From NCBI GenBank assembly GCA_009926935.1, contig RFNZ01000001.1, forward strand, positions 192,556 to 256,555: a stretch of 64,000 bases of DNA, read 5' to 3'. The notes below the pieces were generated by a model that saw only the letters and a list, made by a program, of their open reading frames with translations, searched no databases and was not told where the DNA came from. Of the stretch, positions 29,820 to 38,888 are shown one piece after another (position 1 is the first letter of the stretch; every line of letters begins with the position of its first letter). The DNA is from Pseudomonadota bacterium. GTDB taxonomy: Bacteria > Pseudomonadota > Alphaproteobacteria > Micavibrionales > UBA1664. Made by a program: the position numbers and the translations under genes.

Positions 29820-30770
29820 TTATCTTTTAAGAAGATCGGGGCGATGTTTTGCGATGAATTCGCGATTGTCATCATCTGCATTTGCAAGTGCGATATCGAG
29901 CGTTATGCCCTTTAAGTGTCCTTGAATGCCGTTAGGCAAGGCTGAAAACAATACCGCAATCGTGGCTATATCAAATTTTTCATTCCCTCGCACCGCGCTT
30001 TCAGCCCAACGGCCAACGCGGCCTGTATACCAGGTATCATCGGCGTACAGCAGAAGATTGAAAGCACTTGCAAACACGGTGCCCATAAAAACGGCATCAT
30101 CAGTTGATGGATTTTGTGCAGCCTCAAGCGCTTTGCGTACATGGGTTTGCGCCTGTAAGTCCATCTCCATTGGTTTGCCTTTTCTAAAGATCATCGATTT
30201 ATGAGATGTTACCGCATCGAGATCACCCGTCATTTCAAATACAACCAGCGATGTTGCGACCTTCGCTTCAAGCTCCAGCCCTTTTAATACCGAATACAGC
30301 CCCAGAGCATCGTATTTTGTGAAGGCTTCCGGTACATCAGGACGCGTTGTTATCTGGAAGGCGTGAAATGATTCCTCAATGTCAGCGGCCCTAATGCCTG
30401 CGGCATTTAAAACATCCTTATCGGTCGCTGCAGGCACAAACACGATTTTGCGGGGCCAGTCATATTCGGCATAAAGGGCGGGGCCACGGAAGGTACAGCG
30501 CAGCACTCCTTCCGCCTTATTGGAATCCGAAATTAGGGCACCGAGCTTGCTTTTACGCCTCTCCATTTCAAGGGTGATGAGGTGCTGTGTATCGGCTGGG
30601 TCTGAACCTTCGAGTGCTGCTGCCAAATTCGCCTCGCCCGACATGATGCACGCGGTTGTCGTGATACGCGGCAGCGGGCGCTGCGGCAAATCAGCGGCGT
30701 CGGCCGTGGTGCCTGATACCACCATAAAAACGGCCAAAGCCGTGCCTTTGGAAAGGGCGTATTTATCCAT
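29820..30770 (-). CDS. hypothetical secreted protein (316 aa)
   Basis: N-terminal GTALAVFMVVSGTTADAAD looks like a signal peptide. No recognised domain. It is convergent with the previous gene, with a 5-nt gap. Confidence 0.5.
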   Translation of the reverse strand: MDKYALSKGTALAVFMVVSGTTADAADLPQRPLPRITTTACIMSGEANLAAALEGSDPADTQHLITLEMERRKSKLGALISDSNKAEGVLRCTFRGPALYAEYDWPRKIVFVPAATDKDVLNAAGIRAADIEESFHAFQITTRPDVPEAFTKYDALGLYSVLKGLELEAKVATSLVVFEMTGDLDAVTSHKSMIFRKGKPMEMDLQAQTHVRKALEAAQNPSTDDAVFMGTVFASAFNLLLYADDTWYTGRVGRWAESAVRGNEKFDIATIAVLFSALPNGIQGHLKGITLDIALANADDDNREFIAKHRPDLLKR

Positions 30771-30818
30771 CCTGCCATTGTATGCGGGTTGGCTTAAGAC
30801 TTTGTAAAAGCCGTGAAA

Positions 30819-32633
30819 TTAAGCTGCTTCGTCGGTTTTTAACTTAGGTTTTGGCAGGTCCAGCTTGATGTGGAGGTCCTTGAGCTGCTGAGCGTCCACT
30901 TCCGACGGGGCGTTCATCAGCAAGTCTTCGAACGCGCCGTTCATGACAAACGGATAGACCTCGCGCAAATTCGGCTCGTTTGCAAACAGCATCACGATAC
31001 GGTCAATACCATACGCGCAGCCACCGTGCGGCGGGGCACCGTAGGTCATGGCATTTAGCATACCGCCGAATTTTTTCTCCAGCACGTCGCGGCCGTAGCC
31101 AGCGAGCGCAAACACACGTTCCATGATTTCGGGCTTGTGGTTACGGATGGCGCCTGAGGCGAGTTCGTGCCCGTTGCATACGCAATCATATTGGTTGGCG
31201 CTGATTGTAAGTGGGTCTTTTGAATCGAGCGCTTCCATACCGCCTTTTGGCATTGAGAACGGGTTGTGCGCGAAATCCATCTTGCCGGTTTTCTCGTCCA
31301 TTTCGTACATCGGGAAATCGACGATCCAGCAAAATTTGAACACGCCCTGCTCGCGGTTGCCCATGTCGTCGCAGATTTTGTCACGCGCTTTGCCTGCGAT
31401 TTTGCAAGCGGCGCTTTCTTTGTCGCAAACGAAAAACACAGCATCGCCGTCTTCCAGCTTGGCTAAGGTTTTCAGTTCTCCCTGTGCGGCTGGTGGCACA
31501 AATTTGGCGATTGGGCCCTTGCCCTCGCCTTTATCAAACAGGATGTAGCCCAAGCCCGGTGCGCCTTGCTCCTTGGCCCAGTCGTTGAGTTTATCAAAGA
31601 AGCTGCGTGGCTTGTCGGCAACCTTGGGAGCGCGGATAGCGCGCACAACGCCGCCTTTTTCGATCACGCCTTTGAAGGCTTTGAATTCGACATCGGCGCG
31701 GTTGAACACGGCGGTGACATCGCAGATTTCGAGCGGGTTGCGCAAATCGGGTTTATCCGAACCGTATTTGAGCATCGCATCTTTATACGTGATGTGCGGC
31801 CACGGCCACTGCGTGACCGTGTGTTTGACGCCGTGCGCATTCGAGAATTCCTGAAACAGGCCGCCGATGACGGGTTCCATCGTGGCGAACACGTCGTCTT
31901 GTGTCACGAAGCTCATCTCGACATCGAGCTGGTAGAATTCAGCGAGACGATCAGCGCGGCCGTCTTCATCACGGAAGCAGGGCGCGATCTGGAAGTAGCG
32001 GTCGAAGCCCGACATCATGAGCAGTTGTTTGAACTGCTGCGGGGCTTGCGGCAGGGCATAGAATTTACCGGGGTGGACGCGCGACGGCACCAGAAAGTCA
32101 CGTGCGCCTTCAGGGCTTGAGGCCGTTAAAATTGGTGTCTGAAATTCGGAAAAACCGCTTTCCACCATGCGTTTACGGATGGAGGTCACGACCGCCGAAC
32201 GCAGGCGGATTTTTTTCTGCATTTTTTCGCGGCGCAAATCCAGATAACGGTATTTGAGGCGAACATCTTCGCCCGCGTCTTCATCGGATGCCACTTGCAG
32301 CGGCAGAACCTTGGCGGCTGATTGGAGGGTTGCGGTATCGATCACCACTTCGATTGCGCCTGTTGGCAGGCGATCGTTTTTTGTGGCCTCGTTACGGGCG
32401 ACGACCTTGCCATCAACCGTAATGACGCTTTCAACGCGCCATTTCGATACTTCATCGAATTGCTTGTGGCCGCCCGGCAGCACGACCTGCGTTAGGCCAT
32501 AGGTATCACGGAGGTCAATGAACAACAAACCGCCGTGATCGCGCACGGAATGGATCCAGCCGGAGAGGCGGACGGTTTGCCCTACATGTTCAGGGCGAAG
32601 GGCTGAGCAGGTATGCGAGCGGTAGGCGTGCAC
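30819..32633 (-). CDS. aspS: aspartate--tRNA ligase (possibly non-discriminating)
   Basis: [13 protein letters not shown]...[19 protein letters not shown] (OB fold). Class-II motifs [21 protein letters not shown], and [13 protein letters not shown]. Confidence 0.95.
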   Translation of the reverse strand: MHAYRSHTCSALRPEHVGQTVRLSGWIHSVRDHGGLLFIDLRDTYGLTQVVLPGGHKQFDEVSKWRVESVITVDGKVVARNEATKNDRLPTGAIEVVIDTATLQSAAKVLPLQVASDEDAGEDVRLKYRYLDLRREKMQKKIRLRSAVVTSIRKRMVESGFSEFQTPILTASSPEGARDFLVPSRVHPGKFYALPQAPQQFKQLLMMSGFDRYFQIAPCFRDEDGRADRLAEFYQLDVEMSFVTQDDVFATMEPVIGGLFQEFSNAHGVKHTVTQWPWPHITYKDAMLKYGSDKPDLRNPLEICDVTAVFNRADVEFKAFKGVIEKGGVVRAIRAPKVADKPRSFFDKLNDWAKEQGAPGLGYILFDKGEGKGPIAKFVPPAAQGELKTLAKLEDGDAVFFVCDKESAACKIAGKARDKICDDMGNREQGVFKFCWIVDFPMYEMDEKTGKMDFAHNPFSMPKGGMEALDSKDPLTISANQYDCVCNGHELASGAIRNHKPEIMERVFALAGYGRDVLEKKFGGMLNAMTYGAPPHGGCAYGIDRIVMLFANEPNLREVYPFVMNGAFEDLLMNAPSEVDAQQLKDLHIKLDLPKPKLKTDEAA

Positions 32634-32754
32634 GGTGGATATCTCCTAAAAAACGTTTTGGTGCCATGTTTCTAACAAAAACTTCGCCGAGTCTCCAAAG
32701 ATATCTTGGCGCGGGTGGGAACCCACGTTTTTTCATATCTATAAAGGATGGTCA

Positions 32755-33114
32755 ATGGCTCGCTTTAGCTGCAATAGAGGTCTCGTCAGAATCTTTGCTA
32801 CCGCACGGGACGGTGAAGAGCACATGATAGCAGCGGTCAAGGCGGGAAGCGTACGCGCCATATCCGGCCTTGGCCAGGCCATCAAGCTTTATGATTACGG
32901 CGACGAACTCAGTTATGTGCACTACGCCGTTGGCTGTAGCCGGGCACGCGGCCTCTGGCTTGCAGAAGATGCAGCCAAAGTTGCTACCATCTTCAAGCAG
33001 GCAGGGGTTAAAGCGCCAGTTATCCGTCGCAGGCGGTTTTTTGGCCGTTTTGTCACACCAGTCGCCCCAAACGCTCCACAGGCTGATGCGGCCCCCGTAC
33101 AAAGGATTGGTTGA
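32755..33114 (+). CDS. hypothetical protein (119 aa); strand assignment tentative
   Basis: It has an ATG with AAGGA 6 nt upstream. An equally long antisense ORF (32752..33102) starts at a TTG without an RBS. Confidence 0.4.
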   Translation: MARFSCNRGLVRIFATARDGEEHMIAAVKAGSVRAISGLGQAIKLYDYGDELSYVHYAVGCSRARGLWLAEDAAKVATIFKQAGVKAPVIRRRRFFGRFVTPVAPNAPQADAAPVQRIG

Positions 33115-33145
33115 AAAGCCTTTTTCAACCTTCTAAAAGGGCGGG

Positions 33146-34252
33146 ATGACAAAACCTGCCTACCTTGCCCTTGATACGGAATTTATCCGCGAGCGTACCT
33201 ACTATCCGCAGCTATGCCTTGTGCAGGTGGCGGCCCCCACCGGCGACGCCATTCTGCTCGACCCGCTTTCGGGCGACGATATGAGCGACCTTGAGGAGGC
33301 ATTGTTCGACCCTGATGTCGTGAAGGTTTTTCATGCCGGGCGGCAGGACATTGAAATTTTTGTAAAGCTCTTCGGCCGTGTGCCCGCACCTATTTTTGAT
33401 ACGCAGATTGCCGCGATGGCGCTTGGATACGGCGAATCCGTTTCCTACGCATCACTTGTCGCCGATGTCTGCAAACATTCCATCGATAAGTCACAGCAGT
33501 TTACCGACTGGTCCATAAGGCCGCTTACAGGCGAGCAGCTTGCTTATGCCGCGGATGATGTTTTGTACCTGCGCACCGTATACGAGAATTTCTGCGAGCG
33601 GCTTGACCGCCTTGGCCGTCGCGCCTGGATTGATGAGGAGATGGCGAATCTCTGTGACCCTTCCATTTACACGCCGCAGCCTGAGGATGCCTGGCAGCGG
33701 ATTAAAATCAGATCGGACAAGCCGCATGTTTTAAGTGTACTGCGTGGGCTTGCCGCGTGGCGTGAGCGCGAGGCGCAACGCCGCGACATACCTAAGGGTC
33801 GTATTTTTAAAGATGATACGCTTGCCGAGATCGCACTCACACAGCCACGTACACCGCAGGCCCTTGCCCGTGTGCGCGGGTTCCCCAATGACCTTGCCGA
33901 GAAAAGCCTTGGGCAGAGCGTTTTAAAGGTGGTTGAGGAATCGCTGGCCGTACCCAAAGAGGATATGCCGCGCGTGGTCAGACCTAAGCCTTTCCCGACC
34001 GAATTACAGCCCGCCCTTGAAATGCTGAAGATGCTTTTGCGTATCCAATGCTCGGAATCCGGCATCTCGACGCGGCTGGTGGCTGACGGGGATGACTTGC
34101 AGGCCATCGCTCTCAAGGGAGATGACGCAAGCATTGCCTGCCTTTCTGGATGGCGGCGTACGGTTTTTGGGGATGCGGCACTGGGCCTGCTCTCGGGCAG
34201 GCTTGCCTTATCGGTCAAGGACGGAAAGATCGTTAAAAGCCTAATGACATAA
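33146..34252 (+). CDS. rnd: ribonuclease D
   Basis: LALDTEFIRERTYYPQLCLVQV (DEDD Exo I), FHAGRQDIE, YAADDVLYL, and an HRDC-like region (LSVLRGLAAWREREAQRRDIP). Confidence 0.9.
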   Translation: MTKPAYLALDTEFIRERTYYPQLCLVQVAAPTGDAILLDPLSGDDMSDLEEALFDPDVVKVFHAGRQDIEIFVKLFGRVPAPIFDTQIAAMALGYGESVSYASLVADVCKHSIDKSQQFTDWSIRPLTGEQLAYAADDVLYLRTVYENFCERLDRLGRRAWIDEEMANLCDPSIYTPQPEDAWQRIKIRSDKPHVLSVLRGLAAWREREAQRRDIPKGRIFKDDTLAEIALTQPRTPQALARVRGFPNDLAEKSLGQSVLKVVEESLAVPKEDMPRVVRPKPFPTELQPALEMLKMLLRIQCSESGISTRLVADGDDLQAIALKGDDASIACLSGWRRTVFGDAALGLLSGRLALSVKDGKIVKSLMT

Positions 34253-34263
34253 CTAATTAAAAC

Positions 34264-34292
34264 TTGCAATTCCCAAAGCATTTGATTATTAA
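34264..34292 (+). promoter_or_regulatory. candidate promoter (TTGCAA-17 nt-TATTAA) of the nucleoside cluster
   Basis: TTGCAA at 34264-34269 and TATTAA at 34287-34292. A strong GAGGGAGAG RBS precedes the ATG at 34338. Confidence 0.4.
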
Positions 34293-34337
34293 ATCCTCAA
34301 CAGAGACGTTGCGTACAAAAAAATTGAGGGAGAGACA

Positions 34338-35345
34338 ATGCAACCTTTAGTCATTTCGCAAGACATCGGATCCATCCTTGGTGGCGCAGGGCTTCCAAAG
34401 CAATTCTTTGCCTCGCTGGGCATTCGTCGTGGATATGACGGTCTGCTCGCCGAAGTCCGTAATGACCTGCAAGAAATTTTTTCCAGCGTTTTCTCAAACT
34501 TTGAATATCTGAGCGAAGAAGAACTCGCTCTTGGCTTTAACAAAAAACTTAAAGCCGTACGTGACCGCGGCATGGCCGTTGTCTGCCTTGACCGCGTTTA
34601 TGCTGACAGCACCCTTACATCTGAACAGGGCCACTACTGGCTTGACGTTACCCGCATGTACGATACGGCTGGCAAGTCTACGCTTCGCCCGCGCCTCCAT
34701 GGCAAATTCTCGCACATGGCGCCTGATGAAATGGTGGCCTCCATTGCAAGAGACCTCACGAAAAAAGGCATTACTCAGATTGCCCTTGCCGATGATGTTA
34801 TTTTTTCCGGCGGTTCTATTGTTAAAACGGCTGAGCAGTTCGCTAAAAATGGCATTATCGTCACCGACGTCGTCAGCTGCGTTGCCATTGAAGATGGCGT
34901 GAAAGCGCTGGCAAAAGCCGGTATTCGCGTTGACAGCGTACGCCGCTATGAAAACGTGCTCGACCAAATCTGCGAACGCGACTTTTTGTGCGGTATCCCG
35001 CAATCAGGCGTTCTGATGATGATTGACGGCAAACTTGTTAAGCGCCCTTACATTTTACCCTTTGGCGATATCGTCAAGCGTGCCTCGGTGCCGCCAGAAC
35101 ACGCTGTTGCAGTTTCCGAACTGCTACTTGGCGTATCTGCCAAACTCTGGAGAGGGCTTGAAAACCTTGCTGGCAAACACATCCTCGGCAGAGACCTTCC
35201 TGAAAACGTTGACGGCATTGCACCTGATGCGCGTGTTGTTGACAGTATCCTTCAAGGTGCGGCTGTGCTAAGACGTCAGGGACCTGCAGTAAACAACAAC
35301 CGCCCTGCTGGCGACAGACCGAATGCGTATACCATTACTAATTGA
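34338..35345 (+). CDS. type-I phosphoribosyltransferase-core protein with unrecognised N- and C-terminal regions (335 aa)
   Basis: A PRPP-binding loop, ITQIALADDVIFSGGSIVKT (hydrophobic4-DD-x-x-x-SGGS), sits in the middle. The flanking roughly 130 aa on each side carry no motif I recognise. Confidence 0.6.
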   Translation: MQPLVISQDIGSILGGAGLPKQFFASLGIRRGYDGLLAEVRNDLQEIFSSVFSNFEYLSEEELALGFNKKLKAVRDRGMAVVCLDRVYADSTLTSEQGHYWLDVTRMYDTAGKSTLRPRLHGKFSHMAPDEMVASIARDLTKKGITQIALADDVIFSGGSIVKTAEQFAKNGIIVTDVVSCVAIEDGVKALAKAGIRVDSVRRYENVLDQICERDFLCGIPQSGVLMMIDGKLVKRPYILPFGDIVKRASVPPEHAVAVSELLLGVSAKLWRGLENLAGKHILGRDLPENVDGIAPDARVVDSILQGAAVLRRQGPAVNNNRPAGDRPNAYTITN

Positions 35346-36294
35346 TACAGATCCCGGGCAGGATGACGCTATCGCCATCCTGCTTACTCTTGGTTCGGAA
35401 AAGCTTGACCTTAAGGCCCTCACCGTTACAAGCGGCAATGTTGGCCTTGCCAAGTGTGTAAACAATGCCCAAAGGCTTCTTGAACTTGTAGGCCGCACCG
35501 ATGTGCCCGTATATAGCGGTGCCGATCGGCCGCTTGTAAACCCGCCCGTACATCTTGAAGGTGTGTTTGGAGAGGACGGCCTTGCCGGCGGCGAGAGCCT
35601 ACCTACCCCGAGCGTCAAACCTCAAGCCATGCATGCGGCTGATGCCCTAATTGAATTTTACAGCCAGCCTTCCGATATGCTGCTGGCCCCGATAGCGCCC
35701 ATGACCAATATTGCGCTTGCCCTTCAAAAAAACCCCACCATTGCCAAAAACATCCCCGGTCTTGTGATCATGGGTGGATGCCCGTACCCGGAACCTCTGC
35801 GCGGGGAAATGGGTAACATCGGCATTCCCGGCAGCCCCCACCGTGCCGAGTATAATTTTGCGGTCGATCCTCATGCCGCCGCGCTTGTACTGGAATCGGG
35901 CATACGCAACATCCACATGATCGGCCTTAATGTGACCCGCAAAGTCCTTTACGGCGAGGACATGGACCGTGACTTGCGAAAAATAGGCAACAAAGCCGCT
36001 ATTGCGATTGCCAATATCCTTTCTACCGTCGGGGAAGAGGACGACCAGGACTACGCAACCCTCAAGAAGAGCCCGAGCGACCCTGTGCGCGCCATCCATG
36101 ATGCCGTGGCCCTTGCCTACGCCGAGGACCCAAGCATCTTTACGACTGCCGATGTTCTTGTATCTGTTCCGGCCACGGGGGACCGCGCCGGTCAAAGCAT
36201 CATAGGCGATGAGGGCGTACCCATGCGCGTGGCTGTAGAGGCCGATAACAAACGCTTTAGCGAATTGTTGTTGCACAATATCTCCCGCCTGTGA
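35323..36294 (+). CDS. nucleoside hydrolase (IUNH family)
   Basis: N-terminal IPLLIDTDPGQDDAIAILL (DxDxxxDD fingerprint). It overlaps the previous gene by 23 nt. Confidence 0.85.
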   Translation: MRIPLLIDTDPGQDDAIAILLTLGSEKLDLKALTVTSGNVGLAKCVNNAQRLLELVGRTDVPVYSGADRPLVNPPVHLEGVFGEDGLAGGESLPTPSVKPQAMHAADALIEFYSQPSDMLLAPIAPMTNIALALQKNPTIAKNIPGLVIMGGCPYPEPLRGEMGNIGIPGSPHRAEYNFAVDPHAAALVLESGIRNIHMIGLNVTRKVLYGEDMDRDLRKIGNKAAIAIANILSTVGEEDDQDYATLKKSPSDPVRAIHDAVALAYAEDPSIFTTADVLVSVPATGDRAGQSIIGDEGVPMRVAVEADNKRFSELLLHNISRL

Positions 36295-36331
36295 TATTAC
36301 ATAATACCTATTAACTTTATTGGCGGTTAGC

Positions 36332-37204
36332 ATGGTGTCACCTCTTCTTAATGATCTGATTGATGCGGCACGCCTTGCCGGGGCTATCCAGCGCGCAAAC
36401 TTCCGGACGAACCTTTCCGTCACTGACAAAAGCGGTGGCAAAGGCACGGCTGATCTTGTCAGCCGCGTTGATCATGAATGTGAAGCGGCTATCCGCACCC
36501 GTCTTGCCGGCTATAAAGTGGTTGGTGAAGAACAGGGTGGTGATGCCACGGGCGCTTATGTTTTGGTAGACCCTCTGGACGGCACCAAAAACTTTCTTTT
36601 GGGTGTCGAACAATTCGCCGTATGCCTGACCAATGTTGACGAGACCGGCAAAGTAACAGCCGCCGTTGTATATGACCCTATCAGGGATCGCGCTTATGCT
36701 GCCGATGAAACCGGTGCCTATATGAATGGGCAGCCCATTACGATTACACAATCAGAGCCTCGTGGCACATACCTTGTCACAGAAGAAAATCTAGCCAAGC
36801 GATCCGCTCTTAACCGTATCCAGCGCGTTGCTACAAAATTTGCAGGTGTCCGTAAATTTGGCTCTACCGCCCTTGACCTTGCACAGATGGCCGCTGGCCA
36901 GTCTTGCGCGGTTGTTGCGACGGGCCTCAAGCCATGGGATTTTCAGGGTGCCGCTTTCATTTACGAGAAGGCCGGCGGCAAAATATCCGATATCAGTGGC
37001 CGCCCCCTTACCATGGAGAGCACGACACTTATCGCCTGCCCGCCCAAAATGCATGAAGACCTAGTATGGGGGATTAAATCTTTTCTTGGAAAAGTCTATG
37101 AAGGTATGGTTCGCGCCCACGGCCCACAGACCGTAACGCGCGCCGATGGCACGACCACCACTATCTACCCAGGAAACGTCATTGGCAAAGGGCCTTGGGC
37201 CTAG
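36332..37204 (+). CDS. inositol monophosphatase family phosphatase
   Basis: Motifs VGEEQGG, VLVDPLDGTKNF and a WD...A region. The track start is a TTG at 36320; the ATG at 36332 is preferred. It has a tail of about 35 aa beyond the usual family end. Confidence 0.75.
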   Translation: MVSPLLNDLIDAARLAGAIQRANFRTNLSVTDKSGGKGTADLVSRVDHECEAAIRTRLAGYKVVGEEQGGDATGAYVLVDPLDGTKNFLLGVEQFAVCLTNVDETGKVTAAVVYDPIRDRAYAADETGAYMNGQPITITQSEPRGTYLVTEENLAKRSALNRIQRVATKFAGVRKFGSTALDLAQMAAGQSCAVVATGLKPWDFQGAAFIYEKAGGKISDISGRPLTMESTTLIACPPKMHEDLVWGIKSFLGKVYEGMVRAHGPQTVTRADGTTTTIYPGNVIGKGPWA

Positions 37205-37214
37205 GTTTTTATCT

Positions 37215-38162
37215 TTAGCTTCTAAGAGCCATTCTCTTTTCAACGCGGTTACCTGCGCCTGAGAAAGCCTCGTCGATTCTGGATTTTGTGGGGCTTCCCG
37301 TTTGAGCGCCGCGCACAAGGACAGACAAGCCCGAGGCCACACTCGCCCGCGCCATGGCTTCATGATACGAGTAACCCTGATCGATCGAGGCCGCAAGCAC
37401 ACCGCAGTAGCAATCGCCAGCGCCAGTGGTATCTACCACCTCACCGAAACGCGAAGCCTCGACACGAATGATCTCGCCATCTGCATGGCATCCAATCGAG
37501 CCATCGCCGCCCAGTGTCACGATGCAGAAAAGATCAAATTTTTTCGCGATCATCTGGGCAATTTTTTCTTCAGAGTCGCCATCCGTAAGACCCAAGCGGA
37601 TCGCCATGTCCTGCGCCTCAACCTCGTTCAGAACAAGAATATCGACGCTTTCACAGATGTTGTAATCAAACGGGCGGGATGGCGCTACGTTGAGCATAAC
37701 GCGGCCACCACGCTTTTTGACGTTGCGTACGGCGTACTCGACTGAAGCTATCGGCACTTCCATTTGCAAAACGCAGAGGGTATTGGCATCGACCTTCACT
37801 TCATCCAGTTGCTCGGGCACGACATCCGCATTGGCGCCTCGGGCCACAAGAATCTGGTTTTCGCCGTGGTTGTCGACCATCACCGTCGCGCAGCCGGACG
37901 ATTTGCTGGAACGCTTTACGAATTTTGTTTCAATTTTATCGGCCTTAAGGGCCGTCAGAAGCGTTTCGCCAAATCCGTCATTGCCGACGCAGCCTACCAT
38001 TGTCACATGGCTTCCGGCACGCGCCGCAGCCACGGCCTGGTTCATACCCTTGCCGCCGCTCAGCCAAACATAATCGTCACAGAATGTGGTTTCGCCGGGC
38101 CTTGGAAAATCTACCACGGGCAAAACCAAGTCAATATTCAAGGAACCAAATACAACGATCAT
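37215..38162 (-). CDS. rbsK: ribokinase (PfkB family)
   Basis: MIVVFGSLNIDLV...GGKGMNQAVAAARAG and a C-terminal DTTGAGDCYCG anion-hole motif. Confidence 0.85.
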   Translation of the reverse strand: MIVVFGSLNIDLVLPVVDFPRPGETTFCDDYVWLSGGKGMNQAVAAARAGSHVTMVGCVGNDGFGETLLTALKADKIETKFVKRSSKSSGCATVMVDNHGENQILVARGANADVVPEQLDEVKVDANTLCVLQMEVPIASVEYAVRNVKKRGGRVMLNVAPSRPFDYNICESVDILVLNEVEAQDMAIRLGLTDGDSEEKIAQMIAKKFDLFCIVTLGGDGSIGCHADGEIIRVEASRFGEVVDTTGAGDCYCGVLAASIDQGYSYHEAMARASVASGLSVLVRGAQTGSPTKSRIDEAFSGAGNRVEKRMALRS

Positions 38163-38246
38163 GGGCGTATCTCCCTAGTTTATCAGAACGGCCAGACATT
38201 AGCGGCTTGCCCGAAAGGAGGCAAATTTTATCCTTTAAGGCAGGGC

Positions 38247-38885
38247 TTAAAGAATTAACGTTGCCTGCTCGGGCGACAAAAGCGCACGGACCATGCTGGT
38301 TGTGACCGGCTTTTTTTCGGTCATCGATGCCTGATCAAGGCGGGATACAAGATCGCGCGCGGCAGCAAAGCTGCGCTCCATGCGGGCGACGCAGTATTCG
38401 ATAACGCCTGCATCGATGCGCATCTGGCGGTCGGAAAAAAGCTTTACCAGAAGGACGCGTAACAGATCCTCATCCGGTAGGCCCAAGGCCACTTGCGGGC
38501 AGGACTTGAGGCGCGAGGCCAGATCAGGCACCGCAAAGCGCTGGAGAGCCAGCGGTTTTGTGCCGGTCATCAACAGGGCGCCGGGTGTCTGGCGGATACG
38601 GTTGTAGAGGTGGAAGAGCGTCTCCTCCTCCGGGCGGTTACCAATCTGGGAGTCTATATCTTCGATAACCTGGCCTTTTGTACCTGCGCCCGTCTTCCAT
38701 ATGGAAGCGAGATGCGATTTACCGCTGCCCTCGGGCCCGTAGATATAAAGAGCGGGCGCGTTCCAGTGCGGCCAGCGATCAATCCATGCCAAGGCCTCGC
38801 GGTTACAGTCGGAAACCAGAAAATCCTCACGGCCCATTGCAGGCGTGACAGGGAAGCTCATCGGGATCTGGTTTGTGCGGGCCAT
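38247..38885 (-). CDS. hdaA: DnaA regulatory inactivator HdaA
   Basis: About 210 aa and DnaA-domain-III-like. Walker A is GPEGSGKSHL, followed by ...LLMTGTKPL...DLASRL. It shows the conserved synteny with the AI-2E permease, DUF2066 and purMN. Confidence 0.75.
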   Translation of the reverse strand: MARTNQIPMSFPVTPAMGREDFLVSDCNREALAWIDRWPHWNAPALYIYGPEGSGKSHLASIWKTGAGTKGQVIEDIDSQIGNRPEEETLFHLYNRIRQTPGALLMTGTKPLALQRFAVPDLASRLKSCPQVALGLPDEDLLRVLLVKLFSDRQMRIDAGVIEYCVARMERSFAAARDLVSRLDQASMTEKKPVTTSMVRALLSPEQATLIL

Positions 38886-38888
38886 GGG

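Noticed and set aside
32715-32737. Small GTGGG-aa-CCCAC + T6 hairpin in the aspS upstream region as a terminator
   Set aside because: It has a 5-bp stem with a 2-nt loop, which is sterically implausible, and there is no upstream gene on that strand to terminate.
33667-34281. 204-aa minus-strand ORF
   Set aside because: It is antisense to rnd (RNase D motifs are on the plus strand), and its translation is Ser/Arg/Ala-rich.
35647-36447. 266-aa minus-strand ORF
   Set aside because: It is antisense to the nucleoside hydrolase and IMPase-family genes.
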